Shown piece after piece: positions 11,610 through 23,977 of a stretch of 64,000 nt of DNA; the stretch's first letter is position 1, and each line of letters starts with the position of its first letter. The translations under genes were made by a program, and so were the position numbers. This stretch comes from Podarcis muralis. Lineage: Eukaryota. The stretch spans positions 55,428,001 to 55,492,000 of the forward strand of contig NC_135667.1 of NCBI RefSeq assembly GCF_964188315.1, read 5' to 3'. The notes under the pieces are model-generated. The model searched no databases. It was not told the DNA's origin and worked only from the letters and a program-made list of their open reading frames with translations.

Positions 11610-11740
11610 AGAACCATAAGATTGTAGCGTTGGAAGGGGCCCAAGGGTCATCTAGTCCAACCCCATGAAATGCAGGAATCTCAACTAAAGCACCCTTGAC
11701 AGATGGCCATCCAGCCTCTGCTTAGAAACCTCCAAGTTGC
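11610..11740 (-). mobile_element. CR1 LINE 3' remnant
   Basis: gttggaaggg...ggtcatctagtccaacccc...gacagatggccatccagcctctgctt resembles the CR1 3' end at 52060-52200. Confidence 0.6.
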
Positions 11741-12313
11741 TTGAAGATGAAGTTGTTGTAATGCTTTCTTATAGAGGATCTGCTTCTAGGGTTGGCATCT
11801 TGTTGATCTTGTTTGATCAGGGTTCTCCCCTGATGTTGGAATAAAGCTTGCATCATCTCTGACTGTCAGCCAAGCTAGCTGGGGCTGATGGCCATATAGA
11901 AAGGAATTGAAACATTTGGTGATAGTTGGTTGTTATTGTATGAGTGGGAGCACTTTTAGATCTGTTGGTTCAAGAAGCTGAAATGTAATGGTAGATATTT
12001 TTTTTTCATATCATGCATGGCTATTGAAGGACCTTGTCTTTCCTTTGTAAAAAATGTTCATATATGGAACTAGTAAACTTTTAAATAAAAACAACTATAG
12101 TACATAAACAGGAATTTTCCTATTCTGGGGAGAGTAAGGAGGGCATCTGAGATTGTTTGAGATTGCCTTTCCTACAAGCAATGGAGTCTCAAGATGTGTT
12201 GGCCAGGTGTGGTACCTTATCAGAATGAATTATTGTACTGCTTTGATGTCTTAAAGACATTCAGTTCTACTTGTATAGAACTGTGGTGTATGGGAATTTC
12301 CTTTTCCTGACAT

Positions 12314-12474
12314 CACTGGCGGAGGAAGGGGGGGAGTGCACCACCCCCGGCAGTGCGATCCTGGTGGGGTTCCATCACGGTTGCCCCACAGGCGGCATGC
12401 CCTGCCCGCGTGCTAGCCCCCCCCCTGTTCTCCACCCCCAGTGCCGGAGCATGAAGCTTGAAGCTCCGCCACTG
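12314..12474. mobile_element. 161-bp hAT MITE
   Basis: TIR CACTGGCGGAG / CTCCGCCACTG (1 mismatch); 8-bp TSD cctgacat at 12306-12313 and 12475-12482. Confidence 0.85.
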
Positions 12475-12883
12475 CCTGACATGTCCTGGTTTTCAGGTGT
12501 AAAAATGGTGTCGAGGGGGAATTTTGCTGAATCTGCAAAATGTTAGGTCTCCCCAAAGAAAGCTCAATGGCTTTGTGGGTGTCAGGAATTTTACTTTTTG
12601 AAATATGGCAAAAATGGTGATGGTGCAATACTGAATCTATGACAATCAGACAGAAACTAGTATTTTGCTCTTCCGGAGTCCTGCAAACAAATCCACTAAA
12701 ACTAGTAGCCTTTGTTTGTGGCATAAGAGAAAAGAATACCAGTGACAGAGCTTTCTACCTGGCCATTTGAATACTGAAGCACCTAAGCAAATCTGGTGAC
12801 TTAATGTAACAAATGTAAAAAACATTTCCAGATTCTTATATTCTCTTGTTTTTTGACTTTTCCTTAACCTCATTACAATGCAG

Positions 12884-13062
12884 GTGATTGGCTTAATTTT
12901 TGTGCATCACTTAATCACTCATCTTGTTGCAGTCACTATCGATCCAGCAGATCAAAATATACTGAAGAAGAAAAATTACAAGAAACCAATGCCAATTTTT
13001 GACCGAAGCAAATGCAAGCATGTTATTCAGAACCAGTACTGCTATCTTTGTGAAGCTGATGT
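12884..13062 (+). CDS. ZDHHC11: ZDHHC11 coding exon 2 (VIGLIFVHHL...IDPAD...FDRSKCKHVIQNQYCYLCEADV)
   Basis: 179 bp, cag|...|gtaagt, in frame with exon 1; IDPAD and HVIQNQ.C.LC motifs. Confidence 0.95.
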
Positions 13063-13079
13063 GTAAGTCACTCCCATTA

Positions 13080-13430
13080 AAGGTAAAGGGACCCCTGACC
13101 ATTATGTCCAGTCGTGACCGACTCTGGGGTTGCGACGCTCATCTCGCTTTATTGGCCGAGGGAGCCGGCGTACAGCTTCCGGGTCATGTGGCCAGCATGA
13201 CTAAGCCACTTCTGGCGAACCAGACCAGCGCATGGAAACGCTGTTTACCTTCCCACCGGAGCGGTACCTATTTTTCTACTTGCACTTTGACGTGCTTTCG
13301 AACTGCTAGGTTGGTAGGAGCAGGGACCAAGCAACGGGAGCTCACTGCGTCGCGGGGATTCAAACTGCCGACCTTCTGATCGGCAAGTCCTAGGCTCTGT
13401 GGTTTAACCCACAGCGCCACCCGCGTCCCT
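13080..13430 (-). mobile_element. Full-length Sauria SINE (lacertid POM-like)
   Basis: Reverse complement of gggacgcgggtggcgctgtgggttaaaccacagagcctagg...cccctttaccttt; 14-bp TSD agtcactcccatta at 13066-13079 and 13431-13444. Confidence 0.95.
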
Positions 13431-13879
13431 AGTCACTCCCATTACAGCACAGCAAAGAAGAGATCTACTTATTTGCCTGCACTGGTTTTCCTCTGCTATT
13501 TGCCTCTTGCTGCTTAAACTGCTCCTTTGTACTAGTTATTTGTCTCTGTGCAATTACGCATATGCGTTCTGGACCTGCAGGAAGCTCACTCGAGAGAAAA
13601 TTCGCCACCTAGGCTAGTGTTTTGCACAACCATAAAGGGCCATGGCTGCCGTCCTCCTGCTCAGTTCACTTTCTGTTATCACAACAGTGCAAATCCATAT
13701 CCTGATTTTCTGAAATATTTCCTCACAAGGCAAGCAAATGTACTGCATAAAACTAAATACGCAAGAACAATATAAATACATAGAAATGTAACTTAAAACT
13801 TTGAAACACCCGATAATGCTAAAATGGCCAGGGCATTTCCTGTTTATAAATTGCTTTTGTTATTTTATTGTAAATCACC

Positions 13880-14140
13880 TTGAGATGATTGCATAATAAT
13901 AATACATGAAAACCCAATATGCTTGTAAAAACATCACATAATTAAAATAAAAACAGCACCATCAATTTCAGCAGCCAAATTAAAAGCAGAAAACTTATTG
14001 GGATGTGGCCTGAGTTCAGATGGAGGCCCTCTGCCAAGAAAAGCCCTGCCCCTTGCCTGCTAGCTTAACTGATCCCACAGGTAGATAGGCGTCAAGGAGG
14101 GCCATGGAAACCGATCTCAAAGTGTGCAGCGACGAGGGTG
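13880..14140 (-). mobile_element. Degenerate L2 3' remnant
   Basis: ggaggccctctgccaagaaaagccctgccccttg resembles the L2 at 590-640; AT-rich tail upstream. Confidence 0.45.
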
Positions 14141-14644
14141 AGTGAAGGCAGGGAGGTGCTGCAGCTGCTTGGTTGCCATATCTAGGAAGCGAGACGCACC
14201 TTGTTTCGGATCGGGTTGCACTCCCCCTAAAATTCAAGTACCTACTCCGGGAGAACTCTGGGAATTTTCTTTGTCTTTGAAGGTTCAAGGAGCCACAGTG
14301 GTTCGGAGAGCCTACAGCTTTCCCTGCTCCTGGATAAACTTCCTGGTTAACTACTGTGATGAACTCTGTGTGAGGCTATCCTTAAAGATGGTTCAGAGGC
14401 TTGCTATTCATATCTGTATTTCTAATCCAGTGCAGTTCTTTCACATTAAAAAAAAATATCTCTGACTTCCTGCATGGCTCTTCTGGTTGTGCATGGACGG
14501 CTCATCAGTTCCATGTACATTTTGTAAATGCAATGTATAAATATTTAGACTTACCATAAACATGAGACAGCCTTTATTTATGTGGTCTATTTTAGTACCT
14601 GAATTCTATTGTATTCTATTTAATGTGTCTCTTCTTCTCCTCAG

Positions 14645-14746
14645 AGGGCCAAAAACCAAACACTGTAGTACCTGCAATAAGTGTATTGCGGACTTTGACC
14701 ATCACTGTAATTGGCTAAATAACTGTGTTGGAAGCCGAAACTACTG
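14645..14746 (+). CDS. ZDHHC11: ZDHHC11 coding exon 3, DHHC cysteine-rich domain ([34 protein letters not shown])
   Basis: 102 bp, ctcctcag|...|gtaagc; intact DHHC codons at 14697-14708. Confidence 0.97.
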
Positions 14747-15470
14747 GTAAGCTAACAGCAGCTAGCTTTGGAAATATGACTCTAAAATAAAGGCCCTAGT
14801 TAGGAAGACAGAAGTGAAGCACCCACTCCCATCTCTAGGAACACCTGTACTTTTAAACAATCTATTAGTTTTGCATCCAAAGTATCAAAACTGAAGTGGT
14901 TCTATGTACTAAATAAGCATTCCAGAGGATCTAATCCAGTTACCTAAAAAGCTAAGTGTTTGCCCTGAGTAAATAACTTTGATTGCTTCCAAATTGGCAC
15001 TTTTCAAAAGGAACAACATCCTTTGTTCGCACACTCTTTATGTAGCATCTAGACAACCTATTTGGCAGCTTCTGGCATTCCAATGTCTTCTGTGTTGTCC
15101 TCCTGTCTTCTCTGAGCCCTGGTTTGTATATAATTTTTTTTAATGAAATGCAGTTGAAGTTTAGACATGGTTCCATTAAGGCTCCTGTGCCTTTAATTAA
15201 ATACTTACTGTTTGTTGCTTCACCACATTTTATTGCTTCTTGTTGAGCATGGCTGGGAGGGGTGTGTGGAGTTAGTGAATTGCTCCTTGAATAGCCTCTC
15301 TCAATTTCTGTGCCTTTTGGTAGCTGGATTCTTCTTCTTCTGTTAAATAGCATATTAATGCTGTTTCTCAATAACAATGGAAGGCGGGGGTGGGGTGGAC
15401 AATGCAACTGGTCAGTAAATCCAGGGGAACAGAAACTGAAATTAGAGTAATTAAGAAAAATTGTTCAGGG

Positions 15471-15606
15471 CAGGCTTCCTCTGCCTAGGCCCTCCAGATG
15501 TTTTTGGCCTACAACTCCCATGGTCCCTAGCTAGCAGGACCAGTGGTCAGGGATGATGGGAATTGTAGTCTCAAAACACCTGGAGGGCTGAGGCTGAGGA
15601 AGCCTG
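15471..15606. mobile_element. 136-bp palindromic hAT MITE
   Basis: TIR CAGGCTTCCTC...GAGGAAGCCTG; 8-bp TSD gttcaggg at 15463-15470 and 15607-15614; internal palindrome. Confidence 0.9.
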
Positions 15607-18600
15607 GTTCAGGGGGTAATTAACAAGCTTTTTATCACTCTATAGGAAAAGCAATGGAATGAGCCAGAAGTGCAAGAAATAAACTTTTAAATGGACAGAA
15701 TTTTTTTTGCTGAATGGGACTTTTGAGTTAATATTATAGGAGGATGGCATGAGGAGGGATATCAAGTTAGAATAAAGTGCTGTATGTTCCATTTTTATTC
15801 CACTTCCAGCTCATTGTAGAAAAGCAGTGCCTTAGCAGCACTTAAGGGCTCTAGTGTGGAAGTAACCCGTCCTATTTTTATGAGTTATACAAGAGTAGCC
15901 ACAACAAATCCTCTCAAAAACACACTCCAAATGTGAATATATCTAAGAGCAGGCCACCTCTATTGAACTCTTTACTCCACACCCTGAAATCTTGGCTAGT
16001 TCCCCAGCTGGAGTGTTTTTGCTTTCTGCCTTCAAGCCATTGGGACATTTTTACTCCATGGCATAGAGGTGCATTAATTAGGTATTAAGAGAGCCAGCAA
16101 GATCTTAATAAACTGGACGGAACCTACTTTCAAATACAGCCAAAGTATTGGTTTGCTTTATGAGAAATCAGTTTTAAATCTCCCCCAAGTTTTTATATGC
16201 TGATGCTGTACTGCATTTATTATAAATGAGCTGGCTGAGGAAAAGCTCATGAAAGGCTATTCATCCCTTGTGACACAGCTCTGGGAGCTCTGTAAGTCAC
16301 TCATTGCATGATAATTAATGTCTCCTCTCCATATGCTAGCTTTCATTTTATTAATGCAAGTATTAATTGAAGGATTTTATGTTGATGAAGATAGCCCAAA
16401 GTGGTCTGATCCAAGGCCCCTACACTGTGGCCACCTCCTTTAACAAGCTAAGCATTATTGCTCCAATTAATGCACACCACAGATGGAGAGCAATTGCCTC
16501 ATGCTAGAAGACATTCAAAGCAGACTTTCATTCTTTGGAAGGTTGTTGGTCTCAGTTTCTTCATTTATTGGTTTTCAGGCTGTCTGGACCACAAAGTGGT
16601 GGTGGTGGGGGAATTGTATAGAAGGGACAATTTCCTAGATGCCAAAATCCAAGTTTGGGATAAGTATTCCTTGGTGAAAGAACCCCAGCACACAATATGT
16701 AGCAAAGAAAAGTATCGAAATATAGGTTGTTAGACCTTTAAAATATGCCTTTTCAAGTGAGTGCCGATGTTTCCTTCTTCCCCTAGCACAGAAAAAGGTG
16801 TTTGATAAGTTAAAAATGGTTTACTTACAAACTCTCCAAAAGACAGATTAATCTGCTTTTCCATGCAGCAGCCAGAAAAAGTTGTACAGGCAGTAAAACT
16901 TAGCTTACTTGCACAGTGGTGAAAGCTCATAAATTATTGGTATAGCAACTCAAGAGTGGCTTGTGAGAGCCATGTGGTCTGAGCTGGAGCAACCAACTAA
17001 ATCTCTTGGGAACTACTCTCGGGAGGAGAACAATGGCTTGAATACCTAGTTCCTCCCAAGGTGAGGGGGAGGGACCTAGGCTAAGCCTGGCAGCACAGTT
17101 TATTCTGTGTTATTAATCTCTTCATGCATTAGACTTAAGCATGTCAGTTATATGAGACTGGTTATCCCATAAATGCTAGGTGGTGTGGCGAGCACTAGTG
17201 GCAGCCCCCCTAGCTGTTTCTCCTGAACACCCTAACACCTCCCCTCTGTTGGCTGACAAAGCTGTGTGTGCCCCATTATCTTCTCACCAGCCTCTAAGCT
17301 GGCCTGCTGCCACCAGGTTGAAGTAAGAGTCTTTTCTACATGGAATGAGAGGTGCAATCTGCTACTGTGTCCAGGGTAGCAAAACAGTGTGGGCTGGCCC
17401 TCCTGTTCACAATCTGCCCTTCCAGGTCCCTGTTCAAAATGATGTATGTCCAACACTGCTGGCTTTCCTCACTGATATTTGATTAAATCCTAATCTGCTC
17501 ATTCCCTAGGAATCTGGGAATTTGAAAGGTGTCACAGCATCATACTTTCTCCATGGGGGGAAGGCCAACAGAGATGAGAAGGCTAATAGCTACTTCAGCA
17601 TTTTGGGCAAACTGTGCTGCGGCAAAATTGAGGGCCAAGCTAAGATTGTTAGTGAGGTCAGTCACACAGGCCAGCTGCAGAACCTTTTTTGGAGAAGCAT
17701 AGTTATAGGGAGCCGCATCCTGAGCCAAAATCGGTTGGTTTTGTATACTTCCAGCTGCAACAACTGGCCCTGTATGCCTCCAGATAACCCTTTCTGCTTA
17801 GATATCTATCCCACAGAATCCAGAGCAGAGTATTCTGGAACATGTTCTCTTGGGAGTTGGACGTCCCTGTTCTAGGGCATTCATTTAGATGAATCACCAG
17901 GCCAAGCTCTTGGGCCTAGCTGTTTCCCTGCTTGGACTGATAGTACAATCTAAAACACACTCGCCACTTCCCTGTAGCTGCATATTTGTGGGAGAAGAGT
18001 TGGTAGTCATGGGCAAGCTATCTTTCAGGACAGCTTGTTTGTTCATGGAGGAACCTCTGGTAGGTTTCTAAAGAATTGCAGAGTTCTCTGGAACACAGTA
18101 AGAAAATCATTCCTGAGCATGGGTGGGGAACCCCAGGCTTGCAGGCCTCATTAGGTCTCCCAGGGACCCTAGTTTGGCCCACGGGGCCGTTTCCCCCCAG
18201 CCAGAACCCTTGCTCTGCACTGGATGTCATGACATAAAGCTACAGCTGCAAAGGAACAAGCAGAAACCTTAGGATGGGCTCCCAGGTGTTCATCTACATG
18301 AGACCTGCATTCAGCAGCACCTTTTAAATCCATCAAGGGTTAAAATCTAATGGAGGATTCCACTGTTAAACTAGCCAGGCAACTTTCTTGGTCAGTTAAT
18401 GGCACTATCTTCTGTCATTAGTATAACAAGGGAGGTTGCTTTGGCCTGAAGACAAATGGGTGGGCTCTCCTCCCTCACTTGGCTGGTGGTGAGAAAGATA
18501 AAAGCCAGAGTTGTGTGTGCAGCTGGCATAGAAGCAGAGAGACAGAGCCATGCTTGACTTCTGCTGGAATCCAAGGCTGTGACTGGATGAGAGAAGCAGG

Positions 18601-18858
18601 ACTTTCTCGGGTGCTAATGCTCCATTGTAGTCTCAGGTTGTATATGTGTGCAAATGACCCAACTATCACAAAGTCTCTGTTGTTCCTCATTACAAGGAAA
18701 CCAAACCCTGGATAAGCACTGAAACCCACGGAGTCTCACACCTCTCAGAGATTGGGGTGGCATGAAAAAATACAATTAAATACATACATTCAATTTGTAA
18801 CTGTACAGCCTTCCACAGGTTATGGCTAACTGGAATCTTTCTGTTAACGTGTTCATAG

Positions 18859-18983
18859 GTTTTTCTTCAATGCGATTGCTTCTGCTGCTCTTGGAATCCT
18901 TCTGCTGATTATGGTGATGATATATGTCTTCATCCAGTATTTCGTGGACCCAGAACGGCTCCGCACATCTCCCCAGTTTGAAA
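18859..18983 (+). CDS. ZDHHC11: ZDHHC11 coding exon 4 (FFFNAIASAALGILLLIMVMIYVFIQYFVDPERLRTSPQFE)
   Basis: 125 bp, catag|...|gtattg; hydrophobic TM3; phase-compatible with exons 3 and 5. Confidence 0.92.
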
Positions 18984-19629
18984 GTATTGTTCCACTGACT
19001 TAAAAAAACTTTTTACACCAATGTGACCTAGTAGTACTTTTTCAAGGTAGTGCCTATGGTTTCTTAAACAGAAAGGGGTGGTCATTAAGAGGGAAAACCA
19101 GCTCATGATTGGTATAGTACTGACTAGACAGGCGTTTGAGCAATGTCCTTCTCTCAACCAAAATTTTTATATGCAAACATTAGGGTTCATTTGTACAACT
19201 ATTGTAATTTTGAGGGTGGCCACACAAAGTGGTATAAACATGTACTTGTTCTTTTCAAAATATAATAAAGTAAGACCCCAGTTGAGAGGACTTTCACAAG
19301 ACTAATTCACCATGTAGGAAGGAAGATATCATTGAGGTGGGAAGGTTTTCATCTGTGAATTTGTCAATTCCTATTTTAAAGCCATCTAGGTTGGTGGCTG
19401 TCACTGCCTGTTACCACCCTGTATGCAAGATTTCTTAGTGCAGGCAACACTGTCAAATGGTTCACATCAATGCAACATATTATAATGTTACTACTGTCTG
19501 AAATCTGGAAATATTTTATGAGAGATTCACCATGTACTTCCATTAGATTCCAGTTTTAATGTTATACATTTCTGAGTTTGTTAGAAATTTCCAATAACAA
19601 AGGATATAAGTTTGTAATTATGTTTTCAT

Positions 19630-19760
19630 TAGTAAAACTGCCCAGAGTGGCTGGGGAAACCCAGCCACATGGGCGGGGTAGAAATAATAAATTATTATTA
19701 TTGTAATAATAATAAATTATTATTATTGTAATAATAATAATTGTTGTTGTTGTAAGAATG
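19630..19760 (+). mobile_element. L2 3' tail with AT-rich simple repeats
   Basis: ctgcccagagtggctggggaaacccagcca...gggcggggta followed by (ATT)/(AAT) tracts. Confidence 0.65.
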
Positions 19761-20108
19761 TGGAGGAAAATCATGCAATATTCATTGCTGTATTTTATTG
19801 TGTTTATTTTATCTTCCTGAGTGGGTCATGGAAACTGCTATTCTGAATGATGCTTTGTATAGGGCAGAGGGGATGAGTTTATGGAACCAAGAGGGCGGTA
19901 GCCCAGAAAACCTTGGAAACCACTGCTTTAAAAGTGTGTTTCAGTCAATATTTCTTTATTCATTGATATCTAGCTGTTTGACCAGCGTAGACCCTTAGGG
20001 AACAGTTTCGAAAGTCCTGCCATAGTATTAGTACAAAAGGGAGCATCATTCATTTCATAATTGAAACCGGAATAACATTACTTCTCCCCATTATTTTTTC
20101 TCCAATAG

Positions 20109-20264
20109 GTGTCACTAGAAATGGCACCTGGCTGGTCTTTCTTCCTGTTGCTCCAGTAGAGACTACAGCAGCTGGTATCCTGAGTGTAGCAATATTAACT
20201 GTGGTTTTGGGATCTGCTTCTTTCTTGCTGCTTGGACACTTGTTGACGTTTCATCTTTACCTCT
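20109..20264 (+). CDS. ZDHHC11: ZDHHC11 coding exon 5 (VTRNGTWLVFLPVAPVE...LLGHLLTFHLYL)
   Basis: 156 bp, ccaatag|...|gtaagt; TWL.FLP and LG.LL.FH.YL motifs, TM4. Confidence 0.93.
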
Positions 20265-20512
20265 GTAAGTAAAACAATTCTGAAAAACACAGGGTAGGGG
20301 AGTGCAAATGAAGGGCTCAGTTTATGCAAAAGACAGGCTTCTATCCCCAATCTTAATGGTGCCCTGAGCGTACACTATTTTCTCACTAAAGGGAATGATG
20401 GTGAAAGAGAATGTGAAAGCTCACTGAATTTGCTGACACCCATCTAAGCTGCAAAGCTTTAGGGATTTATAGTTTTTAAATCTTAAAAAAGCACAAACTT
20501 CCATGTACGTAG

Positions 20513-20634
20513 TGAATAAAAAGATGAACACATATGAATACATGACTCGACATCGACCCAGGCTGTCTACCATATCTCGAGAAACAAGCACAGAGGGAAC
20601 ATCGGATACAACACACACAGTGGACTCCTTACAG
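20513..20634 (+). CDS. ZDHHC11: ZDHHC11 coding exon 6 (LNKKMNTYEYMTRHRPRLSTISRETSTEGTSDTTHTVDSLQ)
   Basis: 122 bp, gtacgtag|...cag|gtaaga; KKM.TxEY motif region in frame with exon 5. Confidence 0.85.
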
Positions 20635-21471
20635 GTAAGATCTTCTGTCCTCCTTAGATTTGCCTTTCCGTAGCATACCTGATTCTAGTATATATTCATC
20701 TGGAAGATCAAACGTGTAGCCCTATTCAGGTGTTTGCCTGAATATGTGTGAATGAAATGTGCGGAGGAGACAGATGTGTGCATGAAAGCCCCACCTCCAA
20801 CATCTGCCATGCCAGTTCCATTTGAAACCTTCCTGCACTGAGAGTGATCTGAAAGAACACACTTAGAATCCTCCCCATGATCAGGAACCATATATTTTCA
20901 GGGTTCCCAAATCACAATGAGGATTTTGAGGTCTCCTGAATGTGCTTAGAATCCCCCTTCAGTAGGGGTGCTGACTTGGGCCCCAGATTATAGGTGCCCA
21001 ATGGTGCCCACGACAGAACAAGACGCCCTCTGTGAGAAGCTTAGGTTCTGTTTAGGTGGAGGAGAGGGGGGTCCCAGTGCTGTGGCCTCCTCCCCATGCT
21101 GCTTAACTTGCTTGGCTGTTCCACTTGCCTTGACACTTTGCCCGCTGGGGTTCACGGTAGGCCATGGAGCTGGCTCCTCTTGCTCAATTTATAGGCGGGG
21201 AAAGGGTTAAGCCCTCTTTTCCCAACGCCTTCATGCAAACTGCACCACTGCTGGGCATGTTCAATGCTTTGAAGCTATGAAACATTCATTTCATGGATAT
21301 TCTGCCTGATTTCCAATCTGGCCTTTAATCTTTCAGCTTTTGCCATGTGAATTCTAGACAACATTTAGAACATCTCCCCCTCTTTAATGCGCATTTAAAC
21401 TTAAATCATAAAAAGTTGTTTCTATCCGGCACAGGCACAACCCTCTTATAGGTTTGTGTTCACATTCTTAG

Positions 21472-21524
21472 GATGTAACTGAAGTAAGACAACCAGATGA
21501 AGTAGCACCCTCCTCTATATCAGG
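21472..21524 (+). CDS. ZDHHC11: ZDHHC11 probable coding exon 7 (DVTEVRQPDEVAPSSISG)
   Basis: ttcttag|...|gtaagt, open in frame, phase 0 to 2; weak homology support. Confidence 0.6.
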
Positions 21525-22832
21525 GTAAGTTAACAGAGCCCAGTGTCCAATGAGCAAGTGAAAATTATTGCAACCAGAAAGAAGAAATCGGGTTTATTTA
21601 GGAATTTGCCTTTCATCAAACACCAGGTAAAGAAAACCATAGTAATAACTGCTGCATACATCTGTTTTCCATAGAAAATATTCTGACTCAGGCCTGATTC
21701 ATATGTAACACAAACCATGGTTCTGGGCTCAGACAAAACGCTAAGCAAACCCAGCTTAGCTTTGGGAAGAGTTAAGGCAGGAGGACTGAGGAGAAGAGAA
21801 GAGCTTTGATTTTTCCTTTGAGCATCTGCACGCCTGCCCATTCATTCTTAGCCATAGTTTGGCTTAGTGTTTTATGAGAACTGGCCAGTGGGTAATTTCT
21901 GTTCCAATTAAAATCCTCTCAAGCTTCAACTGCTTAGTAGAAAACACAGCCATTATATATGATTGACAGGTTGTGACCTTAATGTAAGTAATCCATCTTG
22001 GAGTTCATTGCTCAAAACACAAATCAATTAGGGGCAGATGAGAGCCATTTTTTTTCTGGAAACAGAACGACAGAAATATCAATCTGATAGTCCTTCTACC
22101 ATCAAAAGGTTGGCATTCTTTAGTTGGGAGACTATGCACTCCCAACAGGAATTAAAACAAGGCATAATGTGGACACACCACCAAAATGCCAAACAGCATG
22201 GTGTACCAACCATGTCCCCTCATTAGCCATATATAGAAGAGGTCAACCCATGCCTGGTCATGGGCAAATACTTCCATGGTGAGGCAACTCCATCACAGTC
22301 CATAGATATAAATGATGCAACAACACCATCAACTTGTATGGAAGCTTGAGTCTCCTTATCCTGCACACATAGTCTGCAAAGAACAAACCTTTAAACACCC
22401 ACACAGCCACAGCTCATTTCAAAGAAGCATGTATGAAAAATTCTAGGAGAAGTTTTAAGTCCTGCCGGAGAGTCAGTGTCCCTGTGGATGGGAGGAACTT
22501 TCCTCCCAGAAAAGGGAAGGCACAGGTGAGACCATAATTATATCTTCACAGAACCACTGCAGTAGCTCAGAATTAAACAGTGCTGAGACAGGAAGCTGAA
22601 GGAAGGGGTTTCAGGTCACACCAGGGAGAAGATGTGGTTGTTTTTAAAATATCCATTTTCCACAAGTTTTGCATAGTTCTGGAAGTCTGCATGCAAACCA
22701 GCTGGAATAATTTCAGAAGGCTGCACACGGTCTATTGGCTTGGTTGCTGCATATGCTCATAAGATGCCATCTCTACCCAAAGCATACCTGCAAGGGAATA
22801 ACTTAAGTCTTTAATTTTGCTTTGCTTCCTAG

Positions 22833-22848
22833 AACTCATGCCAATTAA
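22833..22848 (+). CDS. ZDHHC11: ZDHHC11 candidate terminal coding segment (G)THAN-stop
   Basis: Strong acceptor ttttgctttgcttcctag; in frame after exon 7 gives TAA at 22846-22848; AATAAA at 23887, 23926 and 24166. Alternative exon at 23917-23977. Confidence 0.3.
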
Positions 22849-23039
22849 CTGCACTTGATCAGGAACAGCAGGCTTCCTCAGAGACGAAGATTGCTGTGTT
22901 TCATCGATGTGAAATGACCATTGTATGCACTTGATTCAGCATAGCTAAAGGGAAAGGTGGAATGCCAGTTCCTGCTCTCAGCTGGGTCAAAACTGGACAC
23001 TGAAATCACAAGAGGAGATGTTCCCTTCCTTATCCAAAT

Positions 23040-23560
23040 CAGCATGCTTCTTTTGTCTCTGAGAAGGGGCTATTATGTGGAAGGCTGTGGCCAGTCAAAA
23101 GACCACATGTAAAGAACATGGTGGACTTAGAGGATGCGCCAGGCCATACTTCTAGACGAGGTCTGTGTGTACAGAACTGATGAAATTTTGGTCTGGAGGT
23201 TCTCCATTCTATGATAATGAAGGGCTTGAAGTGTTTTTCATCAGCTGGCAATGCATTATATGGAGACCAGCTGATAACAGCTAAGGAGGAGAGGGTGAGG
23301 GTAGGCAGAGGGTGGCTGGATAGGATTTCAGTGACAGGAATCATTTTGAGGCCCATGCTGATGACCAATGTGTCTCCCAACTCGTCTCTATTTAATTGGA
23401 GCAGCATGTGTTTCCTGAAGTTGTACTTCAAGTGTGAATAATCTCAGCTGAAGAGCCAGCAGATATCCACAAGGCAAGAGTAGCCGTTCACAGGTTCTTC
23501 CTTGCACAGAACCAGTGACAGCTACTGTTGTGAATGCATTTGAGAGTCTCTTCCTAGTAA
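23040..23560 (-). mobile_element. Possible highly degenerate LINE endonuclease remnant
   Basis: Minus-strand translation has LQETH, an APE-endonuclease-like motif; otherwise weak. Confidence 0.25.
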
Positions 23561-23916
23561 ATGGGAAGCTAGTAAATGGGTAGCAAAATATGTAGCAGAT
23601 CACAGGATATAGAGAAGATAGCTTGGAGGGTAATCATTTGACATTGCCAAAAATAGAAGTAAGTCTTAGAGTCAAAAGTATCCTCCACGTGGCATTGGGA
23701 AGGCTCCAATAAATTAGACTGATTTCCCCAAAATGTATTTATATAAAGTGTCACCACAGAAAGTCCTGCTTATTAATGCCAGTTGGAAAATACTTTCCTT
23801 TTTGTCTCTACGCTGAAAACCAGTTTTTTTTTTAAATAGAAAATGGATTGTGTATTTGATCCTTTTTTAAAATGCTATTTCTTATAAATAAATTATATGT
23901 TTTTGTGGCATTACAG

Positions 23917-23977
23917 GAACATTTTAATAAACTCCCCCATGAAACAATGCAAGAGTCTGTCTATCCTAGTTACATAT
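23917..23977 (+). CDS. ZDHHC11: ZDHHC11 alternative candidate exon 8 (NILINSPMKQCKSLSILVTY)
   Basis: ttacag|...|gtaaga, open in phase 2 to 0; no recognisable homology. Confidence 0.25.

Larger units (their letters stand above)
10098..12883 (+). other. ZDHHC11: U12-type (minor spliceosome) GT-AG intron 1 of ZDHHC11
   Basis: 5' site GTATCCTTT (10098-10106); branch point TTTTCCTTAAC (12858-12868); AG 15 nt later with no polypyrimidine tract in between. Confidence 0.9.
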
